Source of the DNA: Gammaproteobacteria bacterium
GTDB taxonomy: Bacteria; Pseudomonadota; Gammaproteobacteria; Ga0077536
Direction: 5' to 3'
Length of the DNA: 64,000 nucleotides
Assembly: GCA_016874535.1 (NCBI GenBank)
Contig: VGUA01000003.1
Span: 4,221-68,220 of the forward strand
Position numbers and translations under genes: made by a program
Notes under the pieces: generated by a model
What the model saw: the letters and a program-made list of their open reading frames with translations, nothing else
What the model was told of the DNA's origin: nothing
The model's database searches: none
Shown: positions 56,741-64,000 of the stretch, piece by piece
How the letters are laid out: each line of letters begins with the position of its first letter
Position numbering within the stretch: position 1 is the first letter of the stretch

Positions 56741-57304
56741 TCAGTGCAGGCTGCCGTGCACCATCTCCTCGACAGGCTCGGTGCGGTTTTCCTCACGCAA
56801 CAGGATCGCGCCCATGCGGGCATATTCCACAATCTCGTTGAACGCCCGCTCGCCCATTTCGCCGGTGCTTTCGCGCGGATCCACCTGGCTGATGCGGTAG
56901 AGATCGCCCAGAAACTCCTGGCTCTCCGAGCTCATGCCGGACATGCCGCGGCTCACGCCAAAGCCCGACAGAAAACCCCGGCACCAGCCGCCGAGTGCAT
57001 CGGTGCGCACGGCCAGTGGTTCCTCATCATCCGGCAGCAGCAATTCAAAACCGAACTCATCGGAATCCATGCCGCGCAAGGTGCTGTGGAGAAGATCGTT
57101 CAGCGCCTCATCCACCATGAGCTCGGTGGTTTCCTCCGGGTATCCGACCAGATGCTGCAACCAGTCCTCGGTTTCAAAACCTTCCGGGCTGCACAGCATG
57201 CCGCACAGCATGCCGTGACATTCCGCCGGGTCGACATCGCTGTCGAGCATCGACAGGGCCTCGGAAACGGCGGTGTAAAAGGAGCGGGCGGCGAAGTTGT
57301 TCAT
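56741..57304 (-). CDS. ygfB: UPF0149 family protein YgfB
   Basis: ...DPAECHGMLCGMLC... signature and a conserved position upstream of pepP. Confidence 0.8.
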   Translation of the reverse strand: MNNFAARSFYTAVSEALSMLDSDVDPAECHGMLCGMLCSPEGFETEDWLQHLVGYPEETTELMVDEALNDLLHSTLRGMDSDEFGFELLLPDDEEPLAVRTDALGGWCRGFLSGFGVSRGMSGMSSESQEFLGDLYRISQVDPRESTGEMGERAFNEIVEYARMGAILLREENRTEPVEEMVHGSLH

Positions 57305-57493
57305 GGGCCTTCACGGAGCTTGCAGACAGCGCGGATTATTTCATGAGCCGGGGGGTTGAAAGAAGCCGCCGGTGCACGCGGGCAAGGCGGGAAAAATCCC
57401 GTGGCAGCGGGGAGTTGCGCAGTTGACCGCCCCATGAGCCGGCTCTATATTGCCGGCAGTGTGGCATCACGCACCAGGCCGGCTGCAAACACC

Positions 57494-57715
57494 ATGGCGG
57501 AACCCCAGAAAGAACGACTCGACATCGCTGCGCTCGAAGGGCGCGTGGACGAGCTCATCCGCACCGTGGAAACCCTCGCCAACGAAAACGAGGCTCTGCG
57601 CAGCCAGCAGACCGTACTGGCCGCCGAGCGTGCCACCCTCATCGACAAGACCGAACAGGCGCGCAGCCGGGTGGAAGCGATGATTGCCCGACTGAAAGCC
57701 ATGGAATCGCGCTGA
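57494..57715 (+). CDS. small coiled-coil protein (TIGR02449-like, precedes zapA)
   Basis: 73 aa: ...LANENEALRSQQ...EQARSRVEAMIARLKAMES. The C-terminal ARSRVEAMIxRLK motif and the position before zapA match that family as I remember it. Confidence 0.65.
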   Translation: MAEPQKERLDIAALEGRVDELIRTVETLANENEALRSQQTVLAAERATLIDKTEQARSRVEAMIARLKAMESR

Positions 57716-57722
57716 GTCCCGG

Positions 57723-58079
57723 ATGAACGCCACCGTGAAACCGATCACTGTCACGATCATGGACAAGGAATACCTGGTCGGCTGCACGGAGGAAGAACGC
57801 GAAGCGCTGTTCACCTCGGTTGAATTCCTGAACCGCAAGCTGCGTGAGCAGCGTGACAGCGGCAAGGTTATTGGCAGCGAGCGCGTGGCCGTGATGGCTG
57901 CCTTGAACATCGCGCACGAATACCTTGACTACCGTCGTCGCAATGATACGGTGGATGCGGATTTCGGCGCGGGGCTTGCGCGAATCCAGACCAAGATCCA
58001 GACCGCTCTGGCCAAGGGCAAGCGACAGCAGCCGCAACCACCGGAGACCCAGTCCCAAGCCACTCTGGAAGTGGAGTAG
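57723..58079 (+). CDS. zapA: cell division protein ZapA
   Basis: ...ITVTIMDKEYLVGCTEEEREALFTSVEFLNRKLREQRDSGKVIGSERVAVMAALNIAHEYL. Confidence 0.85.
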   Translation: MNATVKPITVTIMDKEYLVGCTEEEREALFTSVEFLNRKLREQRDSGKVIGSERVAVMAALNIAHEYLDYRRRNDTVDADFGAGLARIQTKIQTALAKGKRQQPQPPETQSQATLEVE

Positions 58080-58137
58080 GAATCAGGGACGAGTCTCCCG
58101 CCAGTTGGGCGCCACACGCCCGCAACGATCAAAGCTT

Positions 58138-58327
58138 GGTGTTCTCTGCAGTGTTCGCCAGTGGGTTCGAGATCCTTGAGCCTATATTTGCAAACACTCG
58201 GGGCCGATCTGGTAGTGACGGTGTGCATGCCCGCACTTGTGCGGGAAGCCTTAAATCACTCCGAGAAGCTCCTATCTTGAGCCCTTGGTTCAAGATTACG
58301 GCCCGCAGCGGCATTGTGGAGAACACC
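58138..58327 (+). ncRNA. ssrS: 6S RNA
   Basis: Lies immediately after zapA as in E. coli. The ends are complementary (GGTGTTCTC...GAGAACACC). Internal blocks match E. coli 6S: CTTGAGCCTATATTT (Ec CCUGAGCCGAUAUUU), GGGAAGCCTTAAATC (Ec GAGAAGCCUUAAAAC), TTGGTTCAAGATTACGGCCCGCAGCGGCAT (Ec AGGGUUCAAGGGUUACAGCCUGCGGCGGCAU). Confidence 0.88.
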
Positions 58328-58341
58328 TCTTGAATCTTCCC

Positions 58342-59091
58342 TCACCACTCCATGGCGCCGCGCTTGCGGGTGGATGAGAAAAACTGTCCGGTGGGGCCAT
58401 CCGCCGGCAGGGTTGCCAGCCAGACCGCCGTATCCGCTCCCTCTTCCACGCTGAGTGGAGCCTGATCGGTTCCCATGTCCGTTCGGCACCAGCCCGGCGA
58501 TGCGGAATTGACCTTGATCCCCTCGTCCATGAACTCCTTTGCAAAGAGCACCGTCATTGCATTCAGCGCAACCTTGGATGACTGGTAGGCGGGCGAGAGC
58601 ACGCCGTAGACCAGCGATTGCGGGTTGTTGATGTTGGCGAGCGAAGACATGTCGGTGGCGATGTTCACCACGCGCGCGGCTTGGCTCTTGCGCAGCAGCG
58701 GTGTCGCTTCACGCAGCAGCTCGAAGGGGCCGATGAAATTGGTGTCAAAGGGGTCCCGCAACAGCTGGGTCGGGAGCTCGCTGGGTGGCAAGGACCATCC
58801 ATCGAGCATCACACCGGCATTGTTCACCAGCGCATCGAGCGCCGGAACGCGCGTGGCAAGTTCAGCCTCCGCGCGCTTGATGCTGTCGCTGTCGGCCATG
58901 TCGAGCTGCAGGGCGTGCACCTTGAGGCCCTGTGCCTTGAGCGCCGACAGCGCGGCGGCACCCCGCGCGAGATCGCGCATGCCGAGGAAGACCTCATAGT
59001 CCTGTTGCGCAAGCTGGCGTGCAATCTCAAGACCGAGCCCACGATTGGCGCCCGTGACGAGCGCCGTTTTCTGCTGTGTCATTAAAGCCAT
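58342..59091 (-). CDS. SDR family oxidoreductase (carbonyl-reductase-like)
   Basis: ALVTGANRGLGLEIARQLA, NNAG, YQSSKVALNA; 249 aa. Confidence 0.88.
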   Translation of the reverse strand: MALMTQQKTALVTGANRGLGLEIARQLAQQDYEVFLGMRDLARGAAALSALKAQGLKVHALQLDMADSDSIKRAEAELATRVPALDALVNNAGVMLDGWSLPPSELPTQLLRDPFDTNFIGPFELLREATPLLRKSQAARVVNIATDMSSLANINNPQSLVYGVLSPAYQSSKVALNAMTVLFAKEFMDEGIKVNSASPGWCRTDMGTDQAPLSVEEGADTAVWLATLPADGPTGQFFSSTRKRGAMEW

Positions 59092-59173
59092 CCGGATGTG
59101 TTGGTGGACCGGATGCTAGGCAGGGCAGGCGAGGCAGGCAAGCCTCGGCCGCAAGGGCGGCCTGCCACTCGCA

Positions 59174-60520
59174 CTATCCAGCTTTGCGATGTTCCGGGGC
59201 CTCCTCGAAGAACCATCTGGACCCTGTTGCGGGCTGGAGCTCATCCAGCCAGGTGGCTTTTTCATCGTGGCGGCCAAAGAACGGTTGCATCACCCAGGCA
59301 GGATCCCGCCCTTGCAGAAAGCGCAGGGTGATGACTTTCTGATCCCCGAGCGTGCTGATGCCCATCACTTCCACCTTGCCCGGGGTTGCCGACATGCTGG
59401 GCCCCCGCACCGTGCGCGCGAGTCCGCTCACGCCAACAATGGCATCGCGATAGATGCGCCATGCCCGCACCAGCGGGACGGAGAAATATTCGTGCGCGCC
59501 AGTGTCACGCGCCAGAAACATGTAGTAGGGGATGCAGCCCAGATCAACCTGCGTCTTCCACATCGACTGCCAGATCTCCGCTTTGGCGTTGACCGGTCTC
59601 AGCAAGGGAGATTGAGTCCGGATTTCCACCCCCGATTCCCGCAAGCGCTTGATGGCCTCCCACACTACCGGGGGATCAAGTTCACGCGGATGGTTGAAGT
59701 GCGCCATGATGGCTACATGCAAGCCCGCATCAACCAGATCTCCAAGCAGGGCAAGCAAGGAATCCGCATCACGGTCCGTCACGAAGCGGTGCGGCCAGAA
59801 TGTGAGCGCCTTGGCTCCGAAGCGAATTCGTCGCAATGAAGGAATACGGGCGTTGAGCAACGGCCGGACATAATTGGCGAGAACCCGGGACGACATGATC
59901 ATCGGATCACCGCCGGTGAAGAGGACGTCCGTGACTTCGGGATGCCGGCGAAGATAGCGAATCAGGTCGTCGATCTCGCGGCTCGCAAAGCGCTCCTCGG
60001 CATGGCCGGTGAACTGCGGCCAGCGAAAACAGAATGTGCAGTAGGCGTGGCAGGTCTGCCCCTGACTCGGGAAAAACAGCACGGTCTCCCGGTACTTGTG
60101 CTGCATGCCCGGGAGTCTTCTGCCGTCCAGCACAGGAACATTGTGGTCCTGTTGTCCCGCGGGATGTGGATTGAGGGACGCCCTGATGTCTCGTACACAG
60201 TGCTCTATCAGTGCGGGCTCCGCCTTCCTGTACACCAGATCCGCCAACGTCCTGAAGTCTTGGCGCTTCAGCATGTCGCGATGCGGAAAATTCAAGGCGA
60301 AAATCGGATCGTTGTCCGTATCGGACCAGTCGATGAGGTTGTCGATCACGAAATTGTTGGTCTTGAAAGGAAAGACCTTGCTCACGACCTCCATTTCGAA
60401 AAGCCGCTCTTTGTCGAGTCGCGCCAGTTGCGGAATGTCTCGCCAGTTCTTGGCGTGATAGACGCGATAGTCCGCACTGTCGGGGGCGTGTCTCGTGCTG
60501 TTCAATCTGTACGTTGACAT
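59174..60520 (-). CDS. KamA-family (lysine 2,3-aminomutase-like) radical SAM protein
   Basis: CHAYCTFCFR (CxxxCxxC), DVLFTGGDPM, 448 aa. GAGGA RBS 8 nt before ATG 60520. Confidence 0.85.
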   Translation of the reverse strand: MSTYRLNSTRHAPDSADYRVYHAKNWRDIPQLARLDKERLFEMEVVSKVFPFKTNNFVIDNLIDWSDTDNDPIFALNFPHRDMLKRQDFRTLADLVYRKAEPALIEHCVRDIRASLNPHPAGQQDHNVPVLDGRRLPGMQHKYRETVLFFPSQGQTCHAYCTFCFRWPQFTGHAEERFASREIDDLIRYLRRHPEVTDVLFTGGDPMIMSSRVLANYVRPLLNARIPSLRRIRFGAKALTFWPHRFVTDRDADSLLALLGDLVDAGLHVAIMAHFNHPRELDPPVVWEAIKRLRESGVEIRTQSPLLRPVNAKAEIWQSMWKTQVDLGCIPYYMFLARDTGAHEYFSVPLVRAWRIYRDAIVGVSGLARTVRGPSMSATPGKVEVMGISTLGDQKVITLRFLQGRDPAWVMQPFFGRHDEKATWLDELQPATGSRWFFEEAPEHRKAG

Positions 60521-60883
60521 TGGATGTCCTCAGCTGTTTTCGCCCGGGATTGCCAGTCGTGGACTGACCTGCATGATGTATTGGTGTCTGCGCGGCCTCG
60601 CTCCCATGACCACGCGGGAAAGGGACCTTAGTTCACGAAGCGGATAACGGGAAGACCAGAATTCACCACACGGGGGTGGGCGACATGCAACAACACAAGG
60701 TGCTCGCACACGCTTGGCTGATGTTCACTTGCAAGGGAACTTGTTGCGCGCATGGAGGCCCGCGCGTGTGAATGACGATCGTGCATGGATTGTGAGAATG
60801 CTCGTTACGTTTGCGCAGTGTCTCTGACTCTGCGCAGGAGTCTGGCTGGGGAGAAGTTGTTTACGACTCGTCGGAAAAGATTT

Positions 60884-61312
60884 TCAGGTGTTGCGATGAA
60901 CCAGCCGGAATACCGGCAACTTCTGACCGCTGGCGTGTCTACGGAAGCAGACTTCCACGGCGGCATCCATGACGATATCGACCGGATCGCAATCAACCAG
61001 ATTGCTCACCATGCGCAGATCAGATTGCTCGTCGAGCGCCACCTCTACCACCACATAAGGCACGTGATCGACTGCAGCCGGATGCACCGGGTGGGTGATG
61101 ACAGTCCAGGTATGGATGCGGCCGCGGCCGGACACTGGCACCCATTCGTGTTCCTCGTGCTGGCACCAGATGCAGAGGGGTGCCGGATGCCAGCGGAGCT
61201 TTCGGCAGGCGTTGCAGCGCTGCATCAGGAGACGCTCCGCGTTGCACCCTTCCCAGAAAGGCTCGGTGCCGGGTTCCGGCACCGGATACGGGAAATCCGC
61301 GGCATGGCTCAT
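60884..61312 (-). CDS. Zn-ribbon plus OB-fold protein (DUF35 family), partner of thiolase-like enzymes
   Basis: FWEGCNAERLLMQRCNACRKLRWHPAPLCIWCQ (CxxC...CxxC), then an OB-fold segment. The start overlaps the upstream thiolase-like stop. Confidence 0.8.
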   Translation of the reverse strand: MSHAADFPYPVPEPGTEPFWEGCNAERLLMQRCNACRKLRWHPAPLCIWCQHEEHEWVPVSGRGRIHTWTVITHPVHPAAVDHVPYVVVEVALDEQSDLRMVSNLVDCDPVDIVMDAAVEVCFRRHASGQKLPVFRLVHRNT

Positions 61313-62466
61313 CCATCGCGCCTCAAGATCATCGCTGAACTTGGCACAGCATTGCCGGCGGACACAAAGGCGTGTTGTGCACCTTGTACCTGACAGGGCG
61401 CAGTGCCCCGTAACTGCCGCACGGCTTCGATGATGTTCTGCATGCCATGCATATAGCCTTCCGAGAGATTACCGCCGCTGGTGTTCATCGGGAGATGTCC
61501 CTGCGGCCAGCGGAAGCGGCTGCCGTCGCCGATGAAATCCTTGCCTTCGCCACGCGGACAGAAACGGAAATCTTCCAGCGCCATCAGCACCATGGGTGTG
61601 AAGTGGTCATAGATGAAAAGCACGTCGATGTCGTCATGCGTGATGCCGGCGTCCTGGAACAGATGCTCGGTGATGACGGTAGTCTCGTTGTGCACGGCTT
61701 CTGCGTCTTTGACCATGAAACGGTTATTCCATGCGCCCCCACCCATGCCGGCCGCTGCAATGTGCACGGGAGGCTGGCAAAGGTCTCGCGCGAACTCCGG
61801 CGTGGTGACAATCACGGCTGCACCACCGTCTGTTTCGAGACAGCAATCCAGCAGCCGCAGGGGATCCGCAATCATGCGCGAGGCTTGATGGTCCTCCAGA
61901 GTCATCGGCTTGCCATGCATCATGGCATCCGGGTTGAGATTGGCGTGATGCCGGCAGATGCGTGCGATTTCCCCGAAATGGCGCGATTCTGTGCCGTAGA
62001 GATGCATGTGACGCCGCGCGGCCATGGCCACCATCTGCGCCGGGCTGAAGAGGCCATAGGGCGCGAGATAGCTGAACGGTCCTTCCGCGCGATCCGTCAT
62101 CCAGGCCTGTCCGAAACGCGGGGTGCCCCGCCCGGAACGTTCGTTCATCGCACGAAAGGCGATGACCGCTTGCGCCTGCCCGGTTGTGACCGCCATGGCT
62201 GCCAGCAGCACCGTGCCCGCAGGGCCGCCGCCACCGCCGTAGGGCACTCCGCCGAAGAATCTCAGCCGCGGCAACCCAGGACAGCGCGCGATCTCCACGG
62301 GATCGTTGTTGTCCATCGTGTATTTCGCGATGCCATCCACCTCATCAGGCCTGAGGCCGGCATCCCGCATCGCCGCGCCTATCGCCTCGCAGGCAAGCTT
62401 GAGCTCGCTGCGCCCGGAGTCCCGGGAATATTCCGTGTGCCCTATGCCGACGATAGCGGCGTGCAT
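61309..62466 (-). CDS. thiolase-like / SCP-x-type lipid-transfer protein
   Basis: MHAAIVGIGHTEYSRDSGRSELKLACEAIGAAMRDAGL... and C-terminal ...GGNLSEGYMHGM...; 385 aa. Confidence 0.85.
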   Translation of the reverse strand: MHAAIVGIGHTEYSRDSGRSELKLACEAIGAAMRDAGLRPDEVDGIAKYTMDNNDPVEIARCPGLPRLRFFGGVPYGGGGGPAGTVLLAAMAVTTGQAQAVIAFRAMNERSGRGTPRFGQAWMTDRAEGPFSYLAPYGLFSPAQMVAMAARRHMHLYGTESRHFGEIARICRHHANLNPDAMMHGKPMTLEDHQASRMIADPLRLLDCCLETDGGAAVIVTTPEFARDLCQPPVHIAAAGMGGGAWNNRFMVKDAEAVHNETTVITEHLFQDAGITHDDIDVLFIYDHFTPMVLMALEDFRFCPRGEGKDFIGDGSRFRWPQGHLPMNTSGGNLSEGYMHGMQNIIEAVRQLRGTAPCQVQGAQHAFVSAGNAVPSSAMILRRDG

Positions 62467-63346
62467 CAGGGCACGAAAACCGGTTGGTAATGTGTTTCGG
62501 GAGAGATTCCGGCGTAGTGCGCGGCGAGCTCCTCCCGGGTCATTGCCTGATCCCGATAAGTGATGTGGGTTTCCGCGGGCGCGCTCCAGAGTGCGGTCCT
62601 GCGACCGTTGAAGGTGAGCACCTGCCCATTCCAGTGACTCGCTGCATCGCTGGCGAGGAAGAGAAGACCTTCGGCAACTTCATGCGGTTGACCGAACCCA
62701 AGCTCGGCCGGTGCGGGCGCTGGCTTTCCTTCGTTGGCTGCCTGTTTTGCCGCGATGTCGAAGACGACCTGCGTCATCTCCGTGGCTGCAATGGGCCAGA
62801 AGGCATTGCAGCGAATGCCGTATCGGGCGAGCGCCAATACCCAGGTGCGCTGCAATCCCAGCATGCCGGCCTTGGCTGCCGCGTAATTGCTCTGCCCAAA
62901 GCCACCGGAGAGACCCGAGTTGGAGATCACCTGAATGATCTGTCCACCGCCAGTGTCCCGCATGCGAGGGCGGCATATTTGCCGCAGGCCCAAGCGCCGC
63001 GCAGATGTGTCGCGATGACGGTGTCGAAGTCTTCATCACTCATCTTGAAGAGCGTGCGATCCCGCACCTGTCCAGCGTTATGGATGAGGATGTCGATGCC
63101 GCCGTAATGTTGCACGCAGGTCTTGATCAGAGCCTCGCAAGTCGCCGATTCCGCGACTGAACCCTGCACGGAAACCACCTCACCGCCTTCGGCGCGCACC
63201 CGCTCTTCGGCTTCGGCGAGCGCCTCCGCCTGCGTTCCGTTCAGTACGAGGCGAGCGCCGTGGCGTGCAAAAGCCTCCGCCGTGGCGCGACCAAGGCCAC
63301 GGGAAGAGCCGGTGATAACAATGCGTTTGCCAGCGAGTTCGGACAT
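62466..63346 (-). pseudogene. SDR family oxidoreductase, frameshifted or sequencing error
   Basis: The N-terminal half is ORF 62927..63421 (ATG 63346; GKRIVITGSSRGLGRA, NAG). It continues in ORF 62466..62993 (RMRDTGGGQIIQVISNSG...YAAAKAG). One extra C in the coding-strand CCC (plus-strand GGG 62968-62970) restores ...KYAAPRMRDTGGG.... Confidence 0.7.
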
Positions 63347-63417
63347 GCGTGTCTCCCGAGGATTTGGGGTGTTTGTGGGGATTGAGATGTGCGGAGCGCG
63401 GGGTCGACGGGAGCCGA

Positions 63418-63975
63418 TCACTCCCGCTGCAGGGTAGAGACATCAAATCCCTGTTGTTTGGCGATGGCCACCAGACGCTGGTATTCAGCCTCATCCAGTT
63501 CCGGCTCGCGTGCAAGTATCCACAGGTACTTGCGGTTGGGTGCGCCTACCAGCGCCGCGCGATAGTCATCCGCCAGCGCAATCACCCAATAGTCTCCCCA
63601 CACGAACGGTATGGCCGACAACCAGGCAGGCGCAAAACGCACCTCCAGGATGGCGGGGCTGTTGAAGTGCGCATTGCGCCGCGCGACGCCAATGGCCTCG
63701 GCCTGACTGCCATCTTTCTTGCGGCAGCGGTTGACCACTTCGATGTTCCCATCTTCCCGCAGCGCATAGCGCGCGGTGGTGTCGTCCACGCAGACCCGCT
63801 GGAACCAGTTGGGGATAAGCGCTATCTGGTGCCAGGTACCGAGGTAACGCTGCAGATCCAGATCCTTCACGGTCGCCAAGGGTGGCGCAGCAAGGGCGGG
63901 GAGAGTGAAGAGAAGGAGGCAGAGCACGAGCGCGGAGGGAGGGAGCCAATTGCGGTGACGGCTGGGGACAGGCAT
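63418..63975 (-). CDS. blc: bacterial lipocalin (Blc-like)
   Basis: Signal peptide, LQRYLGTWHQIALIPNWFQ (lipocalin GxW motif), ...YWVIALADDYRAALVGAPNRKYLWILAR... Confidence 0.85.
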   Translation of the reverse strand: MPVPSRHRNWLPPSALVLCLLLFTLPALAAPPLATVKDLDLQRYLGTWHQIALIPNWFQRVCVDDTTARYALREDGNIEVVNRCRKKDGSQAEAIGVARRNAHFNSPAILEVRFAPAWLSAIPFVWGDYWVIALADDYRAALVGAPNRKYLWILAREPELDEAEYQRLVAIAKQQGFDVSTLQRE

Positions 63976-64000
63976 CAGGCTAACTCCGTACGCGTGGGGT

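Noticed and set aside
55256-57346. 696-aa plus-strand ORF spanning the pepP and ygfB region.
   Set aside because: It overlaps two well-supported minus-strand genes and crosses their intergenic gap. It has no motifs and is a shadow ORF.
60521-60883. Possible lysine (L-box) or other riboswitch in the long leader of the KamA-like gene.
   Set aside because: I could not find the conserved L-box core motifs or any convincing multi-helix junction by eye. Only a small hairpin is present (GCGCAG-N11-CTGCGC at ~60813-60835). This needs a covariance-model scan rather than eyeballing.
60785-61393. 202-aa plus-strand ORF overlapping the DUF35 gene.
   Set aside because: It is antisense to a gene with clear Zn-ribbon/OB-fold motifs, and its own translation shows no family features.

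Overview
High-GC (about 65% by eye) chromosomal segment with gammaproteobacterial core synteny: ygfB-pepP-ubiH-ubiI on one strand facing zapA-ssrS, plus groES-groEL, uvrD, pmbA, trpE, gshA, gloB and purC. I call about 60 protein genes, one ncRNA (6S RNA) and a few regulatory sites (CIRCE plus a sigma-32-like promoter at groES, one sigma-70-like promoter, terminator hairpins). I saw no rRNA, tRNA, CRISPR array, transposase or integrase. Most of the window is ordinary housekeeping or metabolic DNA. The most unusual signal is at 15732..17686 (minus strand). An in-frame TGA followed 11 nt later by a SECIS-like hairpin joins two ORF-track fragments into one selenocysteine protein with a U-G-S-C-T-S-C motif. 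Its start overlaps (ATGA) the stop of a 479-aa thioredoxin-fold fusion protein of unknown function, so the pair looks like an uncharacterised selenium-dependent redox module. Other points worth a second look:
- a decay scar at 12.95-13.8 kb: two 5'-truncated genes head to head, an orphan vapB antitoxin and a 300-bp tract of about 40% GC
- a PQQ dehydrogenase with the lanthanide-type D-Y-D signature
- a four-gene 'split urea-carboxylase-like' biotin enzyme cluster
- a Tat-signal MsrB translationally coupled to gshA
- an RND/MMPL-copC-copD operon followed by two paralogous LuxR-type regulators, one with a degenerate receiver domain
- a low-GC single-gene islet carrying a KamA-family radical SAM enzyme
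- four single-gene frameshifts, mostly in homopolymer or simple-repeat tracts, which look more like sequence-quality problems than biology.
All start codons and family names come from reading the translations by eye; nothing was searched against a database.
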